From positions 13,082,001 through 13,146,000 of the forward strand of contig NC_043009.1 in the NCBI RefSeq assembly GCF_006345805.1: 64,000 nt of DNA. Reading direction: 5' to 3'. Shown piece after piece: positions 51,150 through 64,000 of this stretch. Position 1 is the first letter of the stretch, and each line of letters starts with the position of its first letter. The DNA is from Octopus sinensis. Its lineage: Eukaryota. Position numbers and translations under genes: made by a program. The notes below the pieces were generated by a model. That model was not told where the DNA came from. It searched no databases and saw only the letters and a program-made list of their open reading frames with translations.

Positions 51150-51960
51150 TTGTGAAAAAAATGTCTCTTAAAAAACAAGGGCGTCAAAAAAGGAACACCA
51201 AAGAGATGCGCGACGATGAGAGACGCGCATGAATTTCATATGATCGACAAAGAAAGAAAGCTTGATGTGCATCTGGACCCGAAATACATCTAAGAAATGC
51301 ACGACTTGCAGATGGCCATCGAAGAATGGCAGCCAACAAAGAATTTAGAACGTGCCATAGAAAACGAAGATGAGAGACGCGCTTGGCTTGCAGATGAAAC
51401 AAGGTACAATCTTAATGACGGGCTTCACTTTGATGCAATCCAACAGCTTCAGCAAATGCTTCATAACAATAATAATTATATCAAGAGTTTCAAATCTACC
51501 CTTGATAATACCCAAAGCAGAAATGTTCAATTGGTGATCTATTCTGACAGAAAGCCCCCAACTGAGTACTCACGGCGTTTAAATGCGCCAGAGACTAATG
51601 ATGTTGCTATAATTTTGTAGGTGAACAAACTGGAGAACGGGATATAATAATAAAGTGAAGAGACTGTTTCATTCAACGGGAAAATGACACACATCGCTGC
51701 TATGATGCTTTACAGTACCTCTTGCTTTTTCTACATGGAACAGATGAATATCACTCAGGCAGACGAAAATTCTAGAAAAAAACAACTCTATCGTGTATCG
51801 ATTGAGTATGCTTAGACCCTTCAGTTTTAATTCATTGTATCGAAGTAGGGATTTACTTCAACAATTCCTTGTTAACATGTATGCCAAGATAGATCAAGAA
51901 AGACTCATCTATGTAAGAACACACCAAAAAGGAATAAGGGGGAAAATAAACAGTTAGGGT
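51150..51960 (+). pseudogene. Helitron RepHel N-terminal/Rep-proximal fragment
   Basis: LQQMLHNNNNYIKSFK...RRLNAPETNDVAII; DTHRCYDALQYLLLFLHG; LLQQFLVNMYAKIDQERLIYVRTHQK. Confidence 0.88.
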
Positions 51961-51999
51961 AAAAAAAGCAAAAAAACTTATGGATTCAGTGGTCAAGCA

Positions 52000-52990
52000 T
52001 GGCGACTGGTTAGAAAAAAAAAGGCTTGACGGGCGAGGTTGAAAGAAGGGGAGATGTGGGATGTGGGGATGTGGGGGTGTGGTGAAGGTAGCGGCGGGGC
52101 GTGTGTCGCATGGTTTGGAGATGATATCAATGAAGAGAGGAAGGGAGTTGAGCTCAAATGGCGCAGAAGAGGGAAGAGAGTATTTTAATTCTCGTTCACG
52201 GCGAAGGCGGTAGACTGGATGGCCCCTGTGCAAAGAAAGTCCGAACAGAGACAGGTGTTGTAATGAATGACCGGTAGAGCAGAAATGGCGCGAGACCGCG
52301 GTGTCATTGTTAAGTCTGATGTCTCGGAGGTACCCCGCAAACCGGTCAGCCAGAGGAGGGTAGAGAGAGCAGGGGATGCAGTAAATATCGTAGCTAGAAG
52401 TGCAAGAAAAGGAGTCGGTGATATGATAGGGACAATAGTGGATTCTTGTGAGGATGATGGTGTTAGTGAGGTAGGGACAAGTGTGGCAGCGTGGGCGAGA
52501 GCAGGGGAACGAGCCAGGTTGTGAGGTGGGCTTAAGGAAGAAGTTGTGGACCAGGAAGTCACAGAGGTTGTGGGCTCGTTTGAAGGAGGGAAGGGGTAGG
52601 TTGAGGAAGATGTGCGAGGTAAAGGGATCGGACTGGTGTCACCGGATGTCTCGAAGAATAGTACGTTAGCGGGGTAGGGTGGAGAGGTGGTAGGTGAGGG
52701 GAAACGTGAAACGGGAAACTGAGGTGCGGCTATGGGAAGAAAGAGAAGAGGCATGGTCCACGGAACGTGCCCTGGCAAGGGCTGTGTGGATAGGGGGGTG
52801 AGGGGATATCCACGAAAGATGAAATGGTGAGCCATGAGTTGAGACTGGTTCTCACTGCAGAGCCTGCGCAGACGGAGGAATTGGGAGTAGGAGATGGAGA
52901 GCTTGGTGTGAGTAGGGCTGGAAGAGAAGTTAAGGTAAGAGCGGGAGTCAGTGTGTTTGTAGTGTATGGAGGTAGTGAGAGCGGAGCGGT
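52000..52990 (-). mobile_element. Penelope-like element 3' fragment (RT thumb + GIY-YIG)
   Basis: TSIHYKHTDSRSYLNFSSS...SQFLRLRRLCS...RGYP; other frame CSRPRCHTCPY...FSCTSSYDIYCIPC...DRFAGYLRDI...VSRHFCSTGHS. Confidence 0.9.
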
Positions 52991-55900
52991 ATATATACAT
53001 ATATATAAATAAACGTACATATATAATAACGCATACTCTTACTCACACGCATGTATGTATATATTTATTTTATAAGGTGGTTTTTTTCTTTTAGTTGTAT
53101 GTCGCAGTTACAGCCAAAACCAACTTTACTTTCGTTTATGTCAATCTTACTCCCGAGCTATATTAAATTCGAAATTGGTATTTTAGCTAAATATGTGATT
53201 AGATTATTTCTTCTACTATCCTTGATATAATGTCATATTATCAACTTTTCTCACATCTGTATATTTATACTTATAGTATGCAATAACCTTCAGGCTTTTG
53301 GAAAGAAATCTGTGTGAAGATTGAACTATATATTCTATTGATCTTAAATCATCTTATTTGTGTTAATCCGATGATGAAGCACAGTGACGACGTATATTGT
53401 CTTTAACTTCTTTCGTTACTTATATCTAATTTTACACGATATTACTGTGCTTTGTTGCTTTATGGAGATATTATCTATTGTTTTGTAGGATTATTTAGTA
53501 TTAATTTAACGAAAACTTTGCACAACAAACACTCACACGCAAATACAATATGAGTTAATATTGCCCAAATCACACCTAAACACGTATGCACATACATGAA
53601 GCAATATTTACATGCACATACATAAAGAAATATTTCAAGGAGATTAATGAGATAAATGTTATCATTCTGAGAAAATCGGTGTGAGGTAATATATGTGCAG
53701 TGCAATAGATATAAGTTTCCACTGGATGTCACATAAAATACGTTGGAAACGTTCAGAGTTCAAAAGTCTTTTATAGAGTTAATACCTTTGCTGAAGCAAT
53801 TTCTGTGTTTGTAATCCGAATGTTGTTACTTATCTTGGTAGGGAATAAAGCTTCTCACATTCATTAAAAGGGATATGTTAGGTTGCATAAATATGTAAAA
53901 TTCAACAAATATCGATAATACAAGTATTGCACTATGAGAACCGGAATTTTCAATAACTGTTGTCATTAAGCAAAATTACTAATGAAATAGTGCTGCATAT
54001 TTTAGGTATAATCGTTTTTGATTATTGTTCGAAGAAATACTTGTGTTGAAATTGTTTTATTAATTACCGGTAATAAACGTTTAGATTCAACATTTAATAA
54101 CAAGCCTTAGTACACATTCCCTCTAAGTTCATTGATATTGAAATATCGCCATGATGCCTTTAATTCCACGTCTCTCGGGATTTTTATATTGTTTCATTTG
54201 TATCTGAACATTAATTTATTATTTTATTCAAAGAACTAAAATATTCATGTTTTATAATTATTTCTCCATTATTCATATATTTCAATGATATCTCACAGAT
54301 AGTGATCGATAATTATATACAACAAGTAGAAATAAAATCATTGCAAGTTTATTTAATGAAATTTTAATAAGACTTTTATTATAAAACCTAGCCTCAAATA
54401 GGAAATTACCTTCTACTGGAACAATAGTATATTATTACTTTCTCAAGATATGTTTTGTATTCCGATTTGATATGATATAAAACTTCACCTCTATTAGATA
54501 ATTGTGGAACTATATTACCTCAGTAAAATCATAACGTGAAGATAATTATATCAATTCTGACAGGCTAGATTGGCCAAGATATAATCGGATATACAGTGTA
54601 ATATAAGTAAGAATAAAGATAAATGAATTCTGTTAAATGAAAGTATGCGTGTCTATCGTAATATAATTCTATGATTTATATGAAAGACGAGAATTAAATA
54701 TAATTAGCTGGTGTTTTAAAGCGCAAGAATATTTAATTTACAAGATTCTAACTTTAGGTTCCTCGAACTGGATTGACTACATGTAAGATTCCCTGGTAAT
54801 TATTTAGATTCAGATAAAGGAACATTAATGTGATGTTCAAAACGAGTGGGTTCACGCAAAGGGACGCATTTAAATTCACTGAGTAACTTTTAATAGTGAG
54901 ACTCCGATAGTCTAGTTCCTGGACAAGTATTACTCGTGAAAATGAGATCCCTTTTCCCAAGATTACTTTTCAGAAGCCTTTTAAAAATATTTGAGTACAA
55001 TCCAGAATCTAGACCATATAAATTTGATAGTATTTCATATTCCCTCCTTCACGAGCAGTTGCAAGATATATTGTATAATGAAGCGGGGTTGTTTAAATTA
55101 TGCGAATAGTTCATGATATACAAAGAGAGCTAAATGTCTAAGGGATCTTTCCTTACACAATCTTTCTATATATTAGTTAATCCCTTCTTAATAGTATCGC
55201 AACCTTGATTATCCTATGGTGAAAGCGATATCCTATGCTTCGAAATATAATCACAAACGCCTAGCCATAATGTTTTTCTGCTCCCCGATGCCTATGGTCC
55301 CTATTTTTCTCGTTAGGATCCATATTAAACATTTCATAATTTCTTTGTAACATTTTATTCTTACGGAAGCCCTTACATGCGGATATCTGGATATAAAATA
55401 ATAAAAGGAATATATTTGGCTACTTAATTTACTTGTAAATGCGTTATTCAAACACATCCGATCTAAATTTCACATAGTTAAGAGCCAGTGAAATCAGAGT
55501 TTCTCTCATTGATGTATAGCTTGTCAAATAGGAATTTGGATTCACTGAAACATCGCGACGATGTAGTTTTAAATACGATGGCGGAGTGTATGTACTAATC
55601 ATCTTATAATGCAAAGCTCTTTACAATGGATTATATCTAACTACGAGAATCCAGTTTTCACTATCTGCGTGTGAAGACATATGTCAACGAGAGAATAATC
55701 TTGTTTTCAATAGATATTATCATGGGATAATCCTTGAAATATTCAATATTGTGATTTTTCTTAAATATAATAGCGTGCAATCGTTGAAAATATATATGAA
55801 ATTATATTAATCAACACATATCCAATTTAATTTTGATTTTCTCGGAATATTCTTTGCGATCTAGTTTACGTTCATATGTTACAGTTTATATATAAAATGT

Positions 55901-56054
55901 TAAAAGTAATGTAAGTATGAAGGAGAATGTTGTACCAGAATCTTCTATTGTTTGTTAACCTGTTTAAGTACTTATTTCTGCTCAAAGGAATTGTCGAATA
56001 CTCGCCAATAAAAATCTAAATTTTGTTCAACTCATCTTTTTGATTGTAAACCAA

Positions 56055-56055
<1 letters not shown>

Positions 56056-56120
<65 letters not shown>
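56056..56120 (+). repeat. (AAT)n microsatellite (no insertion)
   Basis: Direct inspection. Confidence 0.95.
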
Positions 56121-56122
<2 letters not shown>

Positions 56123-56734
56123 CGAAATTGATGCATTGGTGATATGCGCTCGATAGCGGATTGAGTGGAGGGTTTACAATAAAACAGGTAGTTTCTACCG
56201 ATGAAACAAAGCTCTAACGCTGTAGTCTAGTAAATAAGAACGGTAAAGAGTTCCATGCTGAACATACTAGTAATTTATTTGTTTATTATTCCTTTTTTTA
56301 TTTACAAGGCTGGCTACATCATTTTCAAAATCACAGAGGTATTTTTACATTAGTTAGTCTATATTTGATAAGAAAGGGAAGTGTGCCAATAATATGTTCA
56401 GATTTAATTTTTAATCTGGATAGAGGCGCTGTATATTTCGAAATAATAGTCTGAACTCTTTCTCACTGATTTTTAACGAAGAAATCATGTGCACAATATA
56501 AGCGCATCATCTGTTCTAAATAACTGAGAATAAAATTTATTACTCTTAATTATTACATAAATATGGCAGTTTCATATAAAAAACGTATCCGTTGGAAGGC
56601 GGGAAAAGGTACAGTCACAAATCTTTTATGGAAAAAATCTCGTTCGCTTCTAACTGTGCATTTCTGTGTCTGTCGCACACCTACTTGTGTCTCTGTCTCC
56701 CTCATTTCCCCATCTCTCTCTCTTACACTCATTG

Positions 56735-56816
<82 letters not shown>

Positions 56817-56817
<1 letters not shown>

Positions 56818-57480
56818 TAGTACCAGAAACACCCGTCATTGGCTGGGCTGAAAAAGCTGCCAAATTGTTCTATGAATATTGAAAGTTACTCACTTAGATT
56901 GTATTCAACATAGCCGGAAATTGAACGTTTTGGGGGGCATCGTAGGAAGGTGAAATAAATGTTTCATTTAAACAGCTGGCAGCTCAGGAATCAGAAAGAC
57001 ATATAGGTGTTTAGGAATGGTCATCATAGTTATACTGATTTTAATATGGTTTTAGATGAAATTGTAATGTGACATATGGATGAAATTGTAGTAATAATGG
57101 TAGGTTCAAGTGGAACCTCGTTTGTGAAATAGAAAAGATTCTTGAAAATAGTTACATAAGAATGAAAGTAAATTGTGAATTTGCATGAGACTCATTAAAC
57201 GATTCTACATTGTTAGGGGCGACAACAGGTTTTCAGGCATAACTACAGGTTCCCGCACCACTGTTGACGCATAACCTCCAGAAAAATGGATACTTTGTCA
57301 CGAAATTTTCAACAAAACCCACTTAGATGCTGTACATTCAGAGCATTTATGAATTTATGGAAACGAATTATTTGGAGGAGGTGCGGAGAGGACTTTCGGA
57401 AAATTAACACGACCTCATTTTTTCCCCTGATAATTTGAGGAAAATAGGTATTTTTTTATTGAAAGTTTATACAATTATCT
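56817..57480 (-). mobile_element. Helitron-like 3' end; 5' extent unknown
   Basis: Minus strand CCCAGCCAATGACGGG (imperfect hairpin), 11 nt, then CTAG|T into (TA)n. Confidence 0.45.
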
Positions 57481-57493
57481 TTGAAACTGCATA

Positions 57494-58629
57494 CATTACG
57501 ATTATAAAGAAATTTGTGGGTAAAAAATGTTCTCCGAGGGAGCGGGGAGCAGTGTTTCGAAAAAAGACCGATCAAGAAAACCTCATAAGTTCATTTTTTT
57601 TATTCCACCCCCACTCTCTATTGTCGCGATTGGGGTGGGGGTGGTTGAAGCTATGGGAGGAACATTTTCGGTACTAAAACAAAAAAAATTTAATATATTC
57701 AGGGAAAATCTGTGATTTGGCTGTTGTCTCTAGCACATCCCAGGATCAAACAACTTGTTTTTTTCCCACTCTCACATGTATTTACATTTTAAAATATTTT
57801 TCTTCCCATAAATACATTTATGTAATAAAAAAAAGATTTGAAACTTTATGATTTCCTTTCAACCCCTCTTCCTGTCAACCCCCATTCTTTCTGCTTATAA
57901 TTTTAAATACTGGAGAGTCTGAGACGGTCATTCCTGGCATTTGCCCACACTGATTTAAAAAACAGTGGATGGGGCTACTTAAAAGATGGTTCATTTTAAC
58001 AGCATACTCTTCTGCTACAAAATATTTTCTTCCTCTCTCTCATGCACACAGGGTCCTGCAAGCTTGAGGTGGGTGTCAAACTTTAAATTACCGTTTTTTT
58101 TTGTTGTTGTTGCTTATATCCCACCAATGGACCGGTCGATTGTTACCTCCACAATCATCATTCCATAAAACGTGTTTATGGTGAGAAAAATATTGAAAAA
58201 CATCAATACACGTGAGAGTGAAAACCAGGAGAGTAGTATTCTGATGTGCTAGAAACAACAGCCAAATCTCTCTTAAATCACACACCACTTTTTCCTCTAA
58301 AAATACATATTTTTCTTTTTTTTAACGAAATGGTTTCTCCCATGGTTTTTAGATGCATAAAAAATTGGCCATAATCAGCCCGGAAAGCAGTGCTCAGAGG
58401 GAAGCGGAGTGAAAAATCATAAACTTTCCAAACTTTGTTTCATAATATGATGCCCCTAGTCAACCAATTACTTCCAAGTTTGTGGTGAAAAACAAATGAG
58501 AGAGTCCCAGTCCAAACGGACAAATCCAAATTACGTAGTCTACCTCATCTGAACTCTGTTTTGATCAAAACTCCTCTCCCTACCCACCCGGAAAATGTTT
58601 TCCCCACAAATTTCTTTATAATTGTAATC
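57494..58629. mobile_element. TA-flanked 1136-bp element with ~60-bp imperfect terminal inverted repeats
   Basis: TA|CATTACGATTATAAAGAAATTTGTGGG ... CCCACAAATTTCTTTATAATTGTAATC|TA. Confidence 0.65.
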
Positions 58630-58735
58630 TAGACCCTTTGAAATGCATTTCTATTAACTTTCATTCCAACATAACCATTTTACTGAAATAATAATAATAA
58701 TAATAATAATAATAGTAATAATAATAATAATAATA

Positions 58736-58825
<90 letters not shown>

Positions 58826-58826
<1 letters not shown>

Positions 58827-59385
58827 GTGAGGAAGCAGAGCATAACATCAAAGTCACACTGGGATACATATATATACGAAGCATAATATACCCATCTTGA
58901 CTACCTGTCTTGTAAGGGTACACCAGACATACATTACAACCATATGTGCGCGACATGGTGATCTCATATCAAGATAAACAGCGCATGACCTTGCATGTGG
59001 GGCCCAGTGATGATTTTCTTCAGGTCGAGTAGCCCTTCCCACTCAAGAGGTCACTGAATAAGGTTTTTGGAATGATGATGAACGAAACATCTATGTTTCC
59101 AAAGGTGAATTATTCAAACACCATCGACTTCCTCTCAGCACATTGCTATGATGCTCTCCACTACTTCTACTCGTGATCAGAGATGCACATATCGTCAGTC
59201 ACTAAGGGACATGCTCAACTGGTTAAGGTCACACAACTGACAAGCAAATCTGTGGTATTGAACTAAATATTTGCTGTAGCCCATTTTTTATACCAAGACA
59301 AAACAATGTACATGATAACACTTCCAATCAGTTAATATCAGAAGCTATGTGAACCACTGCCTCGTACTGTGTCAAGGCATTTATT
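58826..59385 (-). mobile_element. ~560-bp non-coding interspersed element flanked on both sides by (AAT)n on the minus strand
   Basis: (TTA)n at ~58786-58825 and TTATTATTATTA at ~59380; no ORF; resembles a common octopus repeat from recall. Confidence 0.6.
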
Positions 59386-59748
59386 ATTATTATTTTCATA
59401 AATATAAGACCGATGAAAAGGAGATAATGCACGTTTAATTTTCTCCCTTAGACGGTTGATTTATTTCGGACTCTGCCTTGAGTCCAATATTTTGGCAAAT
59501 CTTGAGTAACTCTCTTAGGATGGGATGACAGGTAGAGAGTCGGGATCACATCCATTGTTAACGGCCTAAAATTTTACTCAAGAATTAGATTTTAGTTTGT
59601 ATATAAATGCTGTAATCTTTCTTGCAAAAGATGGACAGACAGACACACACATTTATTTTTAATTAATGGATTATGTATGTGCGTATATATATGTGTGTAT
59701 ATGCATGTCTGTGTGCGCGCACACACACACATATATAGATACACATAA

Positions 59749-60126
59749 GCGCAGGAGTGGCTCTGTGGTAAGTAGCTTGCTGACCAACCACATGGTTCCG
59801 GGTTCAGTCCCACTGCGTGGCATCTTGGACAAGTGTCTTCTGCTATAGCCCTGGGCTGACCAATGCCTTGTGAGTGGATTTGGTAGACGAAAACTGAAAG
59901 AACTCTGTAGTATATATGTATATATAAGTGTGTGTGTATATGTTTGTGTGTCTGTGTTTGTCCCCCTGTGTTTACGTCCCCGTCACTTAGCGGTTCGGCA
60001 AAAGAGACCGATAGAATAAGTACTGGGCTTACAAAGAATAAGTTTCGGTGTCGATTTGCTCGACTAAAGGCGGTGCTCCAGCATGGCCGCAGTCAAATGA
60101 CCGAAACAAGTAAAAGAGTAAAAGAG
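59749..60126 (+). mobile_element. SINE family A, full length
   Basis: GCGCAGGAGTGGCTCTGTGGTAAG...GGTTCAGTCCC...ACCGAAACAAGTAAAAGAGTAAAAGAG. Confidence 0.92.
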
Positions 60127-60789
60127 TATACTTATACGCTGCTCAAATTACCGGGAGTCTAACATGTCCAACCTGCACCGAAAATACATATGCATAGTCA
60201 TAAAAATCTTTGAATGTATCAAAATTGTAAGCAATGAAAACAAATTGACTATACTGTCGGATTTTTTTTATCTATATATAGTTAAATTGTAAATAAGAAA
60301 GAAACAAATTAACAGATAAGAACCATACAATATGTGTATTATTGCTACTTGTAGATAATGTGCTTTTTATGTGAGCAGCAGCCGTCTCGTGTTTGTCTAT
60401 TGTCACTCTTCAGTTCAACAGGTCATCTGTGCTATCACTTCAAGTGTTTTGGTGGTTTTCTGTCCTCATTACTGAATACTTATACGGCGTTTCCCACGGG
60501 ATGTTGGTTGAGGAATTTATTTTCTCAACAACATAACCTCCTCATTATTTTTTTGACCTGCTGTATCATGGCTGTCACTTTTACGCAGGCTACAGATACA
60601 TCAGTTCTAGTTTGCTAACCTATATTTTACAAAGCATTACATCTTTTCGTTCTTTATACCCCGTTTCTCATCACTACAATTTTGTTTCATACATTTTGTA
60701 TAGCTTACATTGGAAGTGGAACACACAGGTCTTCTGATTGAACATATAATCCACTGGCCTCATCAACGCAGAAATTCTTCCTTCTCCCA

Positions 60790-60902
<113 letters not shown>

Positions 60903-60939
60903 CGAAGTATAGTTGTAGCAACCGAAGGTGAAGCGATAA

Positions 60940-61665
60940 AAACAAACAACTTGAGTTAAAACAGGTATGGAGAGTATGTGTTAGAAAAATGTAGAGCCCG
61001 AGGGACATGGAACAAGACAGTGGTACTTGGAACAAGAATGGGGAACTTGGAACAAGACAATGGCACACTTTGTGAAAGAATGCGCCAAGTTGGTACAGGA
61101 AGAATACAAAAAATGCAGGCACGACCAGGCCGTAAAAGTTTTACACAGCAAACTGGTACAACCACCGAGTCGAAAGAGTACTGGAGCCGAAGAAATGTAA
61201 GATTTCATGAGACTTTCCTATTCACACAGACAAGAAAATAACAGACCGGACATAACAATTATAGATTAAGTAAAAGTGAAACTGCTTACTAATCGACCCA
61301 TCACAGCCGTTTGATTCCAGAATCATAAAGAAATAGAAAGAAAAGCACAAAAATACAATCCTTAAAATTTGTAATAAGAAGAATTTGGAACATGAAAACA
61401 GTAAATATCATTCCTCTAAGAATTGGTGCGTTGAGAACAATAGACAAAGATATAGACAACTGGGTGAAGAAGACTGAAATAGAATGTCCGGTAGAATTCT
61501 TAAAGGAAATTTGTCGCTTAGGGACAGCAAAGATGATTACGACTTTTCTAAGCACTTGAAAGGTGCTGAAAACTTGAGGTTACCTAAGGTTACAGTAGTA
61601 ACCCGCTACCCGGTTAAATCCCACTAGGAATAAGACCGAGCTTGGTTCAAGCCCCCCACCCAAAA
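60940..61665 (+). mobile_element. R4/Dong-like 3' fragment (family 3), decayed
   Basis: TMAHFVKECAKLVQEEYKKCRHD; RPDITII; IRRIWNMKTVNIIPLRIGALRTI; EICRLGTAKMI; followed by AATAATAATAG. Confidence 0.8.
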
Positions 61666-61689
61666 ATAATAATAGTGCTAGAGTATAAC

Positions 61690-62032
61690 AGATCGAACTT
61701 ACAGGTGGTAGACAAGATGCACTCTATTGCTATATATTTCATGTTGCGTACCCCTTTGACCAACGAATAGTCAAGAAAGAAGGCGGGAACATATATAAAT
61801 ACAAGACTCTTAAGTACAAAATAGTTCGGCTATAGAAAATGAAGAAGGTGAATATAGTGTCGTTGGGGACAGCATCAGAAGGCATCAAGAGGAAAATAAA
61901 GGAAATCGGAATAACTATTACAAAAGGTTTGTCTCCCACACACGGCCAGCATAGTCAGGAAAGTATTAGAGAGATGAAAAGAAATGATAGCATGATACGC
62001 ATGCAAGGCTACAAGAGTTCCAACAAGATGTG
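61690..62032 (+). mobile_element. R4/Dong-like 3' fragment (family 4), decayed
   Basis: VAYPFDQRIVKKEG...YKYKTLKYKIVRL*KMKKVNIV; TASIVRKVL-like terminal motif; followed by (AAT)n at 62033-62170. Confidence 0.65.
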
Positions 62033-62094
62033 AGATAATAAATAAAATAATAACAACAACAACAACAATAATAATAATATTAATAATAATAATG

Positions 62095-62170
<76 letters not shown>

Positions 62171-62171
<1 letters not shown>

Positions 62172-63768
62172 CAGCATACTAGCAGAGCAAGAGACAATGC
62201 CTGAATGGCTCACGAAGGGGAAAACCATCTTAATTCCCAAATCAAATGAAACAACAAAACCAGAAAACTACAGACCAATAACCTGCCTCCCTACTATGTT
62301 CAAGGCATTTACTGCAGTGATATCGCAAAGGCTGAACAAGCACCTGGACGAAAACAAACTGTTCCCAGAAGAGCAGAAAGGATGCCGCAAAGGTTCATAT
62401 GGCTGTAAAGATCAACTAATGATTAATAAAGCCGTAACTGAAGACAGCCACAGAAAGAAGAAAGGCCTCAGTATGGCCTGGATTGACTACAAAAAGGCGT
62501 TTGATAGCATCCCCCACACATGGATCCTCGAAACACTAGCCATTAACAAAGTAGCACCAACAATCATAAAATTCATAGGGCACTCTATGAATAAATGGCA
62601 AACAGTCCTACACCTCCAAACAAAAGAGGGACTCATGAAAACCAAAGACATCCCCATTAGAAGAGGAATATTCCAGGGAGACACGCTATCTCCACTCCTT
62701 TTCTGCTTGGCACTGTCACCTCTATCTGATATGCTAAATAGAACTGGATGCGGATATAAATGTTACGGCAAAACGATCAGCCACCTTTTATATATGGATG
62801 ACCTAAACCTATACGCTGCAAATGACAAACAGCTGGAAACACTATTAAAGACAGTTCATGGATTTACCAAAGAAATAGATACGAAATTTGGATTAGAAAA
62901 ATGCGCCAAAGTAACCATGAAAAGAGGAAAACTAGTTAAGAGTAACAACATCACACTAGATAAAACCAATGAAATAAAAGAATTAGACCAAAGCCAAACT
63001 TACAAATACTTAGGAATCCATGAACTAGATAAGACACAACACACTCAAATGAAAGAGAACATAAAAAAAGAATATTATAGACGAGTTAGATCAATACTAA
63101 AAACAGAGCTCAATGCTAAAAACAAGATAATAGGTATCAACACTTTAGCTGTCCCAGTTATAAGTTACAGCTACAATATCCTTAACTGGACACGAAATGA
63201 ACTGTCCAAAATAGATAGGAAAACAAGAAAAATACTGACAGGATCTAGGATGCATCACCCAAAATCTGACATAGAAAGACTATATATACAACGTATAGAA
63301 GGTGGTAGAGGCCTTATACAGCTGGAAAACTACTATAAAATAACCACCATAGGACTGCAAAAATATCTACTTCAGAAGGAAGGAAAACTGATCCAGATAG
63401 CAGCAAAACACGAGCAAAACAAAAAACTGTTCTCAGTATTTAAGGAAGCTGACAAATACAAACAAGAAATCATACCACCTAATAAACATGAAGAAGAAGA
63501 AGAAGATGATGAAGAAAAAACAAAAGCTAAAAAACAAATGAAATCCAAACTAAAAATAGAACAGCAACGAACCATGATAAAACGATGGCAAGAAAAGCCC
63601 CTTCATGGTAAATACTGCACTAAACTTAACGCAAAAGAAATAGACAAAGAAAAATCCCAGCAATGGTTGAGAAGCTCAGGACTCAAAGCAGAAACAGAGG
63701 GATTTTTAATTGCAGCACAAGACCAAAGCCTCCCCACCAGAAATTACCAAAAACATGTAATGAAATGA
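62171..63768 (+). pseudogene. RT domain ORF of the R4/Dong-like copy, ~530 open codons, one nonsense codon just before the CCHC knuckle
   Basis: NYRPITCL, DYKKAFDSIPH, GIFQGDTLSP, YMDD; TGA at 63766 where copy 1 has AGA; the frame continues CRICGDGQETINHIISSC. Confidence 0.92.
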
Positions 63769-64000
63769 AATATTACAAGTAACTGCAGAATATGTGGAGA
63801 TGGACAAGAAACAATAAATCATATTATCTCTAGCTGCCCAGTCCTGGCTAAGAAGGAATATATTCACAGACATGACAGAGTTGGAACCTACATACATTGG
63901 AAGCTATGCCAACATTATGGAATAACAACAGAAAAAAGATGGTATAGGCACACACCAGAAAAGGTCACAGAAAACGAGAAAGCAACCATACTCTGGGATA
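62171..64000 (+). mobile_element. R4/Dong-like family 1, 5'-truncated young copy running off the window edge
   Basis: About 95% identical by eye to 29738-31390; preceded by (AAT)n. Confidence 0.95.

Noticed and set aside
54730-54960. Second Merlin-like relic (CSKRVGSRKGT)
   Set aside because: A single weak motif amid stop codons
59290-59385. HDV-like ribozyme at the 5' end of the AAT-flanked element
   Set aside because: Two hairpins are present, but no nested double pseudoknot, L3 consensus or catalytic C could be placed

Overview
Eukaryotic, AT-rich, microsatellite-saturated non-genic DNA. The SINE families and repeat landscape look like a coleoid cephalopod, probably Octopus (recognised from memory, not searched). 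No host protein-coding gene is confidently supported; nearly all long ORFs in the track are translated microsatellites. The window is a nested transposon landscape: (1) five R4/Dong-like non-LTR retrotransposon copies (RT + CCHC + restriction-like endonuclease) from about four families, all with (AAT)n on their sense strand, including a near full-length copy (28312-31844) and a head-to-tail stack (60790-64000); (2) Penelope-like element (PLE) fragments plus short (TA)n-associated elements carrying minimal type I hammerhead ribozyme motifs with covarying stems, one motif downstream of a GIY-YIG C-terminus and a tRNA-like cassette; (3) several foldback (long inverted repeat) elements next to (TA)n, one with perfect ~101-bp arms; (4) RTE fragments, Helitrons, Tc1/mariner, pogo-like, Merlin-like and Chapaev-like relics; (5) many tRNA-derived SINEs. 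The least explained structure is a diverged tandem array of 0.63-0.85 kb units (27225-28113 and 32126-33115) with conserved sequence boxes and position-conserved but sequence-variable hairpins, split by the R4 insertion. There is one 100-N assembly gap. Coordinates were hand-counted and decayed-element boundaries are approximate.
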